61,871 bases of DNA from an uncultured Bdellovibrionales bacterium (lineage in GTDB: Bacteria > Bdellovibrionota_C > UBA2361 > SZUA-149 > CAYOZL01): positions 1 to 61,871 of the forward strand of contig CAYOZL010000007.1 in the NCBI GenBank assembly GCA_964408435.1. The letters are read 5' to 3'. This document shows, one piece after another, positions 1-8,298 of the stretch. The notes under the pieces were generated by a model. It was not told the DNA's origin and ran no database searches. It was given only the letters and a program-made list of their open reading frames with translations. Each line of letters begins with the position of its first letter. Positions within the stretch are counted from its first letter, which is position 1. The position numbers and the translations under genes are program-made.

Positions 1-43
1 ATTTAGCTTCTTCAATGTCTTTTGTATTTAAAAAAGTTTTCAT
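1..43 (-). CDS. 5' end of a gene running off the window (MKTFLNTKDIEEAK...)
   Basis: ATG at 43-41 with an open frame to the window edge; too short to identify. Confidence 0.45.
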   Translation of the reverse strand, partial: MKTFLNTKDIEEAK

Positions 44-168
44 ACTAATTATTGTACCTATTACGCCAAAATATAATTAAAAGTTAAAATAAAGACCTTT
101 TGAAGTAAGATTGCGACTAATTTTGTGTTTTAAAGGGCAATTTTGTTAAACTATAGAACATTTTAATA

Positions 169-195
169 TGGGTAAGTGAGAATCGGTTTTTTTAA
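169..195 (+). repeat. Left arm of inverted repeat bracketing ORF 226..951
   Basis: TGGGTAAGTGAG (169-180) is complementary to CTCGCTTACCCA (969-980) with one G-U; TTTTTTAA (188-195) is complementary to TTAAAAAA (953-960). Confidence 0.75.
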
Positions 196-225
196 GTAAT
201 TGTTTTTTGAAAAGGAGGTTTTATT

Positions 226-951
226 ATGTCTACAAAAAAAGATAGTTCTAAGCCTCCGTTTGAGCGATTGCTTGAAGAGTTAGGATTAGAGGAAAAGTCT
301 GATTTTATTAAAGAGTATGAAGATGTGATTTATCATATGCTTTCTATTTGCTCAATGAAGTTAATGGTTACGATTTGTAAGTTGTCGCAAATCAAGTACT
401 ATAGAGAGTATGGGCGTTTATCTGGTCTTGATCCGTTATGCTTTAATCTTTGGACTATTGATGAAGAAATAGAGACTGGCATCGTTGGTCTCTCTATCGA
501 GAGCGATATTTTTGGGCCATTAAAATACTGTTTTGAGGATGAAGAACAATATTTTGACTTGCTTATTGAGAGATTCCATTCATTATCGACTATTAAGAAA
601 AAGAAGAAAAAGAAGAATGATAAGAGCGACGAAGAAGTGTTGATAAACCGAGTTAATTTTGGTTCGCTAATTAGTGAAATTTCTAAAGCACGAGAGGATA
701 ACAAAAATTTTTGGGAGGAAGCTAGAATCATTATATTGCGCAGAAAAGTTACTGAAAGATTCCACAAGGTTCGCCAATCAGGAGATGTTCGAATCAGGAA
801 CGTTCCTAGTATTGGTTCTAAGTATTGGGGAACTCCTAAAGAGGCTTCAGAGTTTGCAGCTTATCCAAAATTGATAGCGAAATCTTGCGCATTTACTCTA
901 GCGGAGTGGCTTATGATTTATCAACCCTTTATAAATATGACAAAAAAATAG
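226..951 (+). CDS. Orphan hypothetical protein (241 aa) with poly-Lys tract
   Basis: Long ORF with strong SD AAGGAGG upstream; no family recognised. Confidence 0.8.
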   Translation: MSTKKDSSKPPFERLLEELGLEEKSDFIKEYEDVIYHMLSICSMKLMVTICKLSQIKYYREYGRLSGLDPLCFNLWTIDEEIETGIVGLSIESDIFGPLKYCFEDEEQYFDLLIERFHSLSTIKKKKKKKNDKSDEEVLINRVNFGSLISEISKAREDNKNFWEEARIIILRRKVTERFHKVRQSGDVRIRNVPSIGSKYWGTPKEASEFAAYPKLIAKSCAFTLAEWLMIYQPFINMTKK

Positions 952-952
952 T

Positions 953-980
953 TTAAAAAAGGTTTTTGCTCGCTTACCCA
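953..980 (+). repeat. Right arm of inverted repeat bracketing ORF 226..951
   Basis: Complementary to 169-195. Confidence 0.75.
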
Positions 981-1006
981 AAATTCTAAATTATTAATCC
1001 CATAAT

Positions 1007-1924
1007 TTAGACGAAAGCTTCCTTTAGTTTGCCTGGTAGTTTTTTGCCAACAATTTTTTCAGCCAATTTCGCACACTCAACATATTTTTTAAGATTCAAG
1101 CTAGTAGATATTCCTAATTCTTCGCATAAAAATGCAACATCTTCAGTGGGAACATTCCCAGCAGCTCCTTTAGTAAATGGACATCCACCAAGACCCCCAA
1201 CAGAGCAATCAAATCTACTAACCCCACATCTTAGTCCTTCATACACATTCGCCATACCCGTGCCTCTAGTGTCATGTAAATGAAGCCCAATGCTTATCTC
1301 AGGCCATTTAATTTTACACTCGCTAACAAGTTTTTCTACAGATGTAGGATTTGCAAATCCTGTAGTATCGGCAAGTGTAATTTCAGGTAGTTTCGTACTT
1401 GTTTCTTTTATAGCTTCTTCAATAATTGAAATAACATTTTTAGCTTCAATCTTACCTTCTTCTTTTGACCCAAAAGCCATTGAAAGCATTATTCTTTCTA
1501 GCTCAACATTATTATTTTTAAACAAGGTTAACCAAGAGCTAATCTTTGAAATAGATTCTGAGATACTGGTGTTACTATTCTTTTGTAAAAAAGCATCACT
1601 TGCAGCCAAAGGTATTGCTCCTTCAACTTTTAATTTTTTACATTCAACCGCTCTAAGAAATCCTTTTTGGTTTAAATATAAAGCCCTATATCTTACACCT
1701 TCTTTTACTTTAATTTGTTCTGACACTTCTTTGGCATCTGCATGCTGAGGGACTTTGTCAGGTCTTACAAAAGATGTAGTTTCTATGCTTTTAATTCCAG
1801 TTTCTGATAGTGCATTAATAAGTTCTACTTTTTCTTTTGTTGAGTGTACTTTTGATAAGAATTGAAAACCTTCTCTTGGTCCTTCTTCTCTAAGTAGCAC
1901 AGATTTTGGAAAATCTTTTGTCAT
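1007..1924 (-). CDS. hmgL: Hydroxymethylglutaryl-CoA lyase
   Basis: EGPREGFQ, LHLHDTRG, GLGGCPF and GNVPTED motifs of the HMGL family. Confidence 0.92.
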   Translation of the reverse strand: MTKDFPKSVLLREEGPREGFQFLSKVHSTKEKVELINALSETGIKSIETTSFVRPDKVPQHADAKEVSEQIKVKEGVRYRALYLNQKGFLRAVECKKLKVEGAIPLAASDAFLQKNSNTSISESISKISSWLTLFKNNNVELERIMLSMAFGSKEEGKIEAKNVISIIEEAIKETSTKLPEITLADTTGFANPTSVEKLVSECKIKWPEISIGLHLHDTRGTGMANVYEGLRCGVSRFDCSVGGLGGCPFTKGAAGNVPTEDVAFLCEELGISTSLNLKKYVECAKLAEKIVGKKLPGKLKEAFV

Positions 1925-1932
1925 ACTAATCT

Positions 1933-3891
1933 CTACTCTTTGCTAAGTTCTGTTAAGTTTCGGAATAAATCTAATGCTTCTGGGTTAGACATTGCAGATG
2001 AATTCCTCACTTCTTCTCCGTGAATTATCTTTTTTACTGCAAGTTCAACAATTTTTCCACTAATAGTTTTTGGCAATTCTTCAACAGAGATTATCTTTGC
2101 TGGGACATGTCGAATGCTACAGTTAGATTTTATTTCGTTGCGAATCTTTTCTTTTAGTTCTTTAGTAAGTTCTAAATTAGGTTTTAAAACTGTAAAAAGA
2201 ATAATCCTTTGATCTCCTTCCCAGTTTTGACCAATTGCTAGGCACTCAAGTACTTCTTCAAATTTTTCAACTTGTCTGTATATTTCAGCTGTTCCAATTC
2301 TAACTCCCCCAGGGTTTAAAGTTGCATCTGAACGTCCATAGATAATTAACCCATTATTTTTTGTTAGTTTTACCCAGTCTCCATGTCTCCAAACATTTGG
2401 ATAATGTTTAAAGTAGGAATTAGTGTATCTTTCGTTTTCTTTATCGTTCCAAAAGTAAATTGGCATGTTTGGAAATGGCGCAGTGCATACTAATTCACCT
2501 TTTTCTTCTTTAATGCTTTCAGCTGAGTCATTATAGACTTCAACTTTTAAGCCCAGGCTTAAAGATTGAAGCTCTCCTTCATAAACTGGTAAAGTAGGGT
2601 TCCCTAAAGCAAAACACCCTATTATATCCGTTCCGCCACTGATGGAAGCTAAGCATAAGTCTTTTTTTATTTCCCTATAAACATATTCATAGTTCTCAGG
2701 CATTAATGGAGAACCTGTAGAAGTTATCATTTTTAAGGAACTTAAATCGTGAGTATCTTTTGGTTTAGCACCTGTATTTTCTAAGGCACTAATGTATTTA
2801 GCTGAAGTTCCAAATACAGTCATTTTCTCAGACTCTGCTAAATCAAAAAGAATGTTTTTATCTGGATAAAAAGGAGAGCCATCATAAAGTAGGAAAGTAG
2901 AACCGAGGGCAAGGGAGCTTGTGTATAGATTCCACATCATCCAACCACAGGTAGTGTATTGAAAAACTCGATCTTCTTTTTTGAAATCTAAGTGCAGACC
3001 TAGTTCTTTTAAATGTTCAAGTAAAGTGCCACCAGCTCCGTGTACAATGCATTTTGGTTTTCCAGTAGTGCCCGAAGAGTACATTATAAATAATGGATGA
3101 TTGAAAGGAAGTTGCTCAAAAATTATTTCATTAGAATCTGTTTCTAGTGCTTCTTCAAAAGAAATAGTTTTATTTGAGTTTATCTTTAGTTCTGAGTCTA
3201 AACCTAAAAAAGAAACAGAAATGGTTTTTTCTAAAGAATTAAGTTTAGTGATAATAGAGTTAACTTTGTCTCTACAATCTATTTCTTTTCCTTTGTAGGT
3301 ATAGCCGTCACAAACAATAAGAACTTTCGGTTCAATTTGTAAAAATCGTTCAAGAACTCCTTCAATTCCAAAATCAGGAGAACATGAAGACCAAACAGCT
3401 CCAATACTACTAGTAGCAAGCATTGCAATAATTGCTTCAGGAATATTTGGTAAAAAAGCGGCTACTCTGTCTCCTTTTTTAATTCCAATAGATCTTAAAT
3501 AGTTTGAGAAAGAAGAAGCTTTTATATAAAGCTCTTTTCCACTAATGCTTTGCCTTTCTTTTTTCTCATTCCAAAAAACTAGAGCTTCTTGCTCATCTTT
3601 ATATCTAAGTAGATTCTCAGCAAAGTTTAGAGTAGCATCAGGGAACCATATAGCTCCTGGCATTTTATTTTTATTTATTAAGATTCTATCTGAGCCAGTA
3701 TCTCCTTTTACATTAAAAAAATTCCAAATCTCTTTCCAGAATAATTCAGGATATTCAATCGACCAGTTATGTAGGTCTTGATAGCTTTCTATGGTTTTTA
3801 GGTGATGTTCTTTTATTCTGCTAGAAAAATTAGTGATATTAGCTTGTTCTATCTGCTCTGCTGAGGGGGTCCAAATAGGTTTTATGTTCAT
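1933..3891 (-). CDS. Acetoacetate--CoA ligase
   Basis: YSSGTTGKPKCIVHG AMP-binding motif, SISGGTD, GRSDATLNPGGVRIGTAEIY. Confidence 0.93.
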   Translation of the reverse strand: MNIKPIWTPSAEQIEQANITNFSSRIKEHHLKTIESYQDLHNWSIEYPELFWKEIWNFFNVKGDTGSDRILINKNKMPGAIWFPDATLNFAENLLRYKDEQEALVFWNEKKERQSISGKELYIKASSFSNYLRSIGIKKGDRVAAFLPNIPEAIIAMLATSSIGAVWSSCSPDFGIEGVLERFLQIEPKVLIVCDGYTYKGKEIDCRDKVNSIITKLNSLEKTISVSFLGLDSELKINSNKTISFEEALETDSNEIIFEQLPFNHPLFIMYSSGTTGKPKCIVHGAGGTLLEHLKELGLHLDFKKEDRVFQYTTCGWMMWNLYTSSLALGSTFLLYDGSPFYPDKNILFDLAESEKMTVFGTSAKYISALENTGAKPKDTHDLSSLKMITSTGSPLMPENYEYVYREIKKDLCLASISGGTDIIGCFALGNPTLPVYEGELQSLSLGLKVEVYNDSAESIKEEKGELVCTAPFPNMPIYFWNDKENERYTNSYFKHYPNVWRHGDWVKLTKNNGLIIYGRSDATLNPGGVRIGTAEIYRQVEKFEEVLECLAIGQNWEGDQRIILFTVLKPNLELTKELKEKIRNEIKSNCSIRHVPAKIISVEELPKTISGKIVELAVKKIIHGEEVRNSSAMSNPEALDLFRNLTELSKE

Positions 3892-3953
3892 AACTTAGGT
3901 TAGCATAAGTTCTTTAGTCGTTAAATGTATTAAGTGTGAGTAGATGTTTTACT

Positions 3954-5090
3954 TTACGACATTGTTATCTCATAAGTTATGCCATTTTTTGCTCTACCCT
4001 CAACTCCTCTTTGAGAGCTAAAGTATAGTTTTGTTTTATCTGGAGAAAAAGCTAAGCCAGAAATTTCTGATAAATCTTGATTAATTATTTGTAATAAAGG
4101 AGTTAGTTGATTTTCTTGATTTAAAATTACAATTTGCATATCTCCACCATCTTCAGCGATTAGTAGATTTTGATTTTCGCTAATTATCATATTATCAACA
4201 CCTCGAAGGATGGGTGTTGGATGAGTATTTATATCGTATTTAATGCTTAATTCGTTTGCAGATGTGTCATAGCACCAAATCTTATTATCTATTTTGGTAT
4301 TAAATATTATATTTTCATTGCTATATACAATTCCTTCAGACCCACTAAATCTTATACTTTCATTTACTTGGTATCGTGTGGGTGTAGTTGAAGCACTTGG
4401 GTCTGGAATTCTCTGCCAGTTAATAAAATTATTACTTGGTGCTTGAGTCATAACTTCTAAGCTACCAGAGTTTAAGTCTTGGTTTTTAAATCTAAATCTA
4501 TAAAGACAACTATCAGGTTTATCTTCGGTCATATACACAATATTATTGCTTGTATCAAAAGCTACTGCTTCGTGAGCAAAAACTCCCAAACTTTCTCTTC
4601 TTACGGGTGCTCTTAATCCAAAAGGGTCGCATTCCCAAACAATATCTGTGTCGACTTCTTCACAGGAAAGCCATGTATTCCAAGGTGAAACTCCACCTGC
4701 GCAGTTGTTATTAGAGTTTGTTAAAATAGAGTATGAATCAATTATATTGCCATTACTATCAAATCTAATTGCTCCAACTCCTCCATTATTTACAACTTCA
4801 CTATTAGAAACATAAATCCAACCATTATCTTCAGTTCTAAAGGTTGCACCTCCATCTGGGGAGCTGTGCCAAATATATGAACTGTTACTTGAAGTTCTTT
4901 GTCCTGAGCGTGCGACTATTCTAGATTCAAATCCATCAGGTAGCATTATTCCGTTTTGATCTGGAAGAAGAAGATTACCTACACCTTCGATATTTATGTT
5001 GCTATTAGATCCAGAATCTCCACATCTTAGGAGTGATAGTGCTAGTAAGGTGTAAGTTGAGTTTTTAATGAAGTTTCTTCTTGTGATCAT
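3954..5090 (-). CDS. phoX: PhoX/DUF839-family alkaline phosphatase-like protein, Tat/lipoprotein signal
   Basis: TRRNFIK twin-arginine signal; PDGG, NCAGG-SPW-TWLSCEE, HEAVA and EDG motifs. Confidence 0.8.
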   Translation of the reverse strand: MITRRNFIKNSTYTLLALSLLRCGDSGSNSNINIEGVGNLLLPDQNGIMLPDGFESRIVARSGQRTSSNSSYIWHSSPDGGATFRTEDNGWIYVSNSEVVNNGGVGAIRFDSNGNIIDSYSILTNSNNNCAGGVSPWNTWLSCEEVDTDIVWECDPFGLRAPVRRESLGVFAHEAVAFDTSNNIVYMTEDKPDSCLYRFRFKNQDLNSGSLEVMTQAPSNNFINWQRIPDPSASTTPTRYQVNESIRFSGSEGIVYSNENIIFNTKIDNKIWCYDTSANELSIKYDINTHPTPILRGVDNMIISENQNLLIAEDGGDMQIVILNQENQLTPLLQIINQDLSEISGLAFSPDKTKLYFSSQRGVEGRAKNGITYEITMS

Positions 5091-5293
5091 ACCTATTAAT
5101 TTAGCTTTATTCTCTGTGTTATTAAAGAAAAATAAAAGTAGAAAACACTAAAGCGAGCTATTAAGAAAATAAGCTGATCTACATTATAAATTTGACTACT
5201 TTGCTGATAATTCATAACCTAGATTTTTCTATACATGAGCAGAAGTATTTTTTTCTCCAAAAAGGTTTCTATAGCATAATTTGCTGGAGAAAC

Positions 5294-5316
5294 GTTTTGG
5301 AGGAAGCTAACTCTAA
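5294..5316 (+). repeat. Left arm of inverted repeat bracketing ORF 5373..6086
   Basis: GTTTTGGAGGAAGCTAACTCTAA pairs with TTAGAGTTAGTCCTCAAAAAC (6147-6167): 20 pairs, 1 mismatch, 2-nt bulge. Confidence 0.85.
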
Positions 5317-5372
5317 TTTACGGTTTCGCGCATTTACTTAATTGCGCACAATTTTTTATAGCGGAGCTAATC

Positions 5373-6086
5373 ATGCTTAGAAGAACCTTGCTAAAGTCTC
5401 TTGTAACAATCCCTTTTATTCTAGGAGCACTCAAATCTTCTAAGAAGGAGAAGCTTGCAGGAGATCCTGGGTTTGTTGAAGGAATAAAAAACAGATTCTC
5501 TTCTCCTGTCTTTCACATCGATCAGATCCTTGCTGGAAACTGTACGTTGATTGTAGAAAGTGAAGATCCTAGCGTCCTAACCTCTTTTGTTAAAAGCTAC
5601 GATGGAGAATGGGGTGATGATTCGCTTTTTGACATTTTTTGGTCTCATGCCAAACATGAAACAGCCGGCAGAGCACATGAAAAAACTCTTGGCCCTCACA
5701 TGGAAGATATCCTTGGAGGAAATAGAAGAAACTATTTTGCAAAGATTTTCGGTTCAGGACCAAGAAGATGTTGGTTGTCACTGCCCGGAGAAGTTTATGA
5801 TGTTGGTAAAAAACCTTGTGAAGAGTATCAAATTACAAAAGGTCCGGTAGTAGGTCTAGGCTTTGACCCTGAGGCTTCTTTGTTCTTTCTTTCTCTTTAT
5901 TTCTTTGAAGGTGCAAGTGGATTTAAAAAAAATGCGAAAGACGACGTGCGAGAATTTGTTAGGAAAACAAAAAAACGCTTTGGCAGAAATTGCATTTTGA
6001 GATTCAGTCAATATTGCTCAGTGGAAGAATCAAATCGCGTTTCGCCTTCACTAAGACTTTCAGAGTTCGCTAAGCAATTGCGATAA
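5373..6086 (+). CDS. Orphan hypothetical protein (237 aa) with twin-arginine-like N-terminus
   Basis: MLRRTLLK followed by a hydrophobic stretch; GGAG SD upstream; no family recognised. Confidence 0.8.
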   Translation: MLRRTLLKSLVTIPFILGALKSSKKEKLAGDPGFVEGIKNRFSSPVFHIDQILAGNCTLIVESEDPSVLTSFVKSYDGEWGDDSLFDIFWSHAKHETAGRAHEKTLGPHMEDILGGNRRNYFAKIFGSGPRRCWLSLPGEVYDVGKKPCEEYQITKGPVVGLGFDPEASLFFLSLYFFEGASGFKKNAKDDVREFVRKTKKRFGRNCILRFSQYCSVEESNRVSPSLRLSEFAKQLR

Positions 6087-6109
6087 CTTTGCATTTAATA
6101 CGGTTCAAT

Positions 6110-6144
6110 AAGGCGTTGTGATTCGCGTAGCAGTTGCAACGCTT
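6110..6144 (+). other. Local stem-loop in the 3' trailer of the orphan gene
   Basis: AAGGCGTTGTGATT pairs with AGTTGCAACGCTT using G-U pairs on the + strand; weak U-tail. Confidence 0.5.
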
Positions 6145-6146
6145 CT

Positions 6147-6167
6147 TTAGAGTTAGTCCTCAAAAAC
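6147..6167 (+). repeat. Right arm of inverted repeat bracketing ORF 5373..6086
   Basis: Complementary to 5294-5316. Confidence 0.85.
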
Positions 6168-6208
6168 TTAATATTGAGAACATTATCTTTTAAGGAAGTA
6201 AAAAGAAA

Positions 6209-6332
6209 TGCCGAGGGCGAGACTCGAACTCGCATGACCGTGAAGTCTCAGGATTTTAAGTCCTGTCAGAAACGCAGAAAAAGCTTTGCTTTTTCTTTTT
6301 AGCGTTTCTACTACCAATTCCACCACGTAGCA
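6209..6332 (-). pseudogene. Pseudo-tRNA-Leu(TAA) with a 44-nt hairpin insertion (6267-6310)
   Basis: Near-identical to 6411..6494 in the T, variable, anticodon and D-loop regions; GTGT replaced by a hairpin; 5' acceptor strand no longer pairs. Confidence 0.85.
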
Positions 6333-6371
6333 TTTACTAGGTGTATATTAAAAAATGAAATATTTTTTATT

Positions 6372-6393
6372 GTTACTTTTTTGAAAAAGTAAC
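6372..6393. other. AT-rich palindrome between tRNA copies
   Basis: GTTACTTTTT-TG-AAAAAGTAAC; no downstream U-tract on either strand. Confidence 0.6.
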
Positions 6394-6410
6394 CAAAGAT
6401 AAAAAAGAAA

Positions 6411-6494
6411 TGCCCAGGGCGAGACTCGAACTCGCACGACCGTGAAGTCTCAGGATTTTAAGTCCTGTGTGTCTACCAATTCCACCACCCGGGC
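6411..6494 (-). tRNA. tRNA-Leu (anticodon TAA), CCA not encoded
   Basis: Acceptor GCCCGGG/CCTGGGC-A, anticodon arm CAGGA-CTTAAAA-TCCTG, long variable arm, T arm GCGAG-TTCGAGT-CTCGC. Confidence 0.97.
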
Positions 6495-6560
6495 ATATAG
6501 ATGATTGTGTATATTTCAAAAACCTATGTGTGTCCACAATCTTAACACACAGTGTAGTGT

Positions 6561-6635
6561 TTTTAGTCCTGTCAGAAATGCTGAAAAAGCTTTGCTTTTT
6601 CTTTTCGCATTTCTACTACCAATTCCCCCACCCTC
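6561..6635 (-). pseudogene. 5'-half tRNA-Leu fragment carrying the same hairpin insertion
   Basis: AGTCCTGT-[CAGAAATGC...GCATTTCTA]-CTACCAATTCC matches the junctions in the 6209..6332 copy. Confidence 0.8.
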
Positions 6636-6667
6636 AAATTAATTAGGGTTAAGAATATGATTTTTGA

Positions 6668-6697
6668 AAGCTATAGCATTTGCTATTGCTATGTCAA
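6668..6697 (-). promoter_or_regulatory. Sigma70-type promoter for the tRNA-Leu array
   Basis: Minus strand TTGACA (6697-6692), 18 nt spacer, TAGCTT (6673-6668). Confidence 0.6.
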
Positions 6698-6704
6698 AAG
6701 ATAG

Positions 6705-7235
6705 TTATTTTGTTACGTTTAGAGGTGGGAGATCTAGCTTGGTGTTGGCTTTTTTTCTGTATTTAGCAGGGATTTTGTCTTCTTCGTTAACAAAGTGGGT
6801 TATTCCATTGTTATCTGTGTATTTAATAATTTTCTCTGATTTGTCTTTTCTAATTGTGGTTCCGTTATTAGTGTTGGTTTTTAAAGGTTTCTTTATGAAA
6901 TTAGTAATTAATTTGTAGCTCTTAAAGCTATTGATATTAAAGAGATTTAAGCTATGTGTGAAATATAATGAGCCAAAGATAAAAACTAAGGTAAATAATA
7001 TCTTGGGGATTGGGTTCTTATTTGCCCATGTTTTAACTCTTAAGCCATCTTCATCTTTAAATCTGCCAAATATAATTCTTATTAAGTCTAAAATCATCCA
7101 TATTCCAGCACCACCTAAGCTTAAAAGCATTAAAAAGCCTGAAATATACCTTCCAACGTAGAATCTATGAGCTCCTAAAGGGCCTAAGAACAGGCAGAGC
7201 CATAATGCAGTAAGTCTTTTTTTCTTAGATCTCAT
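6705..7235 (-). CDS. TM2-domain membrane protein with DUF4124-like C-terminus
   Basis: LCLFLGPLGAHRFYVG TM2 motif; KYTDNNGITHFVN..IPAKYR tail. Confidence 0.8.
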   Translation of the reverse strand: MRSKKKRLTALWLCLFLGPLGAHRFYVGRYISGFLMLLSLGGAGIWMILDLIRIIFGRFKDEDGLRVKTWANKNPIPKILFTLVFIFGSLYFTHSLNLFNINSFKSYKLITNFIKKPLKTNTNNGTTIRKDKSEKIIKYTDNNGITHFVNEEDKIPAKYRKKANTKLDLPPLNVTK

Positions 7236-7311
7236 AAGTAAGAGTAATTTTAATAAAAATGCTTAAAAATAGATTAAAGAAATAACTTTTATTTGTCGAT
7301 TTAAATCTATT

Positions 7312-8250
7312 ATGTGGAATGATTTACAAAAGTTAAACCTAGATGAAACGGCTACTTGGTCTGATGTGCAAAGTTCATGCACAGAGCAGTTAAAAAGATG
7401 GCATCCTGAAAGGTATAAACATGACCAAAATCTTCAAAGAAAATGCATAGAGAAATCTAGGGAAATTAATACTTCTTTTAAAGAAATTAAAAGAAAAATA
7501 TTAGAGATACAAAATAAAATTGATTTTGATGAGAGTAAGCCTTTGTTACCTCAGTTTATGAATTCTTCTACTCAAAATAAAGCAAATCATATTACTCAAG
7601 ATCAATATAAACAAGAGCCATTACTTGGTAATAAAAAAGTTACTACACAGACAGAAACAAACAATAAACCAAAATCGAAATATCAAAGGGAAGAAAAATT
7701 TTCTCCATATTTGCTGCTCGCTTTAGGTTTTTTAATTTTAACTTTACTTGCAACCTTATTTTATATTTACACTACTTTTGTAAAACCTAAGCCTAAGATA
7801 GTTTATGGGCCACCTGCGGATTTGGCTACAATTTACGCTGAGAAAGAAGCGGAGAAAAAGCTAGCAGAAGAGGAAAGTTTAATTATAGACCCAAGTAAGG
7901 ATGGGATAGTTTCTGGGCAAGAAGGAAGTGTAAGAATTCTTTCAGGAATCTCGGGAATTGGTGAGGGAAGTCCAGCTGCAGAGCCAAAAATAACTACTGC
8001 TGCTTCACGTTGTGATATTGTAGCTGTTAAAAAACAATTATCAAAAGGAGTAAAGATTAATACAGAGGACTCAAAAGGTTTAAGTGCATTATCATGGGCA
8101 TCTAGAAACGGATGCGAAGATTTAGCTAAGCATTTACTTAAAAAAGGAGCCGATGCTAATCATATGTCTATAAACGGTTTTACTCCTTTAGCTTGGGCAA
8201 GATGGTATAAGAATATCGGTGTAATTAAAGTGCTTGAGCTTCGTAAGTAA
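7312..8250 (+). CDS. J-domain-like + transmembrane + ankyrin-repeat protein
   Basis: N-terminal ..KRWHPERY..KSREIN J-like domain, one TM segment, ankyrin motifs GLSALSWA and GFTPLAWA. Confidence 0.75.
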   Translation: MWNDLQKLNLDETATWSDVQSSCTEQLKRWHPERYKHDQNLQRKCIEKSREINTSFKEIKRKILEIQNKIDFDESKPLLPQFMNSSTQNKANHITQDQYKQEPLLGNKKVTTQTETNNKPKSKYQREEKFSPYLLLALGFLILTLLATLFYIYTTFVKPKPKIVYGPPADLATIYAEKEAEKKLAEEESLIIDPSKDGIVSGQEGSVRILSGISGIGEGSPAAEPKITTAASRCDIVAVKKQLSKGVKINTEDSKGLSALSWASRNGCEDLAKHLLKKGADANHMSINGFTPLAWARWYKNIGVIKVLELRK

Positions 8251-8298
8251 TAGTTTGTCTGTATTGTTCTAAAAACCATATTGTTCTAAAATACTTTT

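Noticed and set aside
595-616. Phase-variable tract in the orphan gene's poly-Lys run
   Set aside because: It is a mixed AAG/AAA codon run with homopolymers of at most 5 nt, and the frame is intact
6372-6393. Intrinsic terminator after tRNA-Leu
   Set aside because: The stem is AT-rich and not followed by a U-tract on either strand; kept only as a palindrome
6209-6635. CRISPR array or prophage attL/attR
   Set aside because: The repeats are tRNA-derived and irregular with no cas genes; there is no integrase or cargo between the copies
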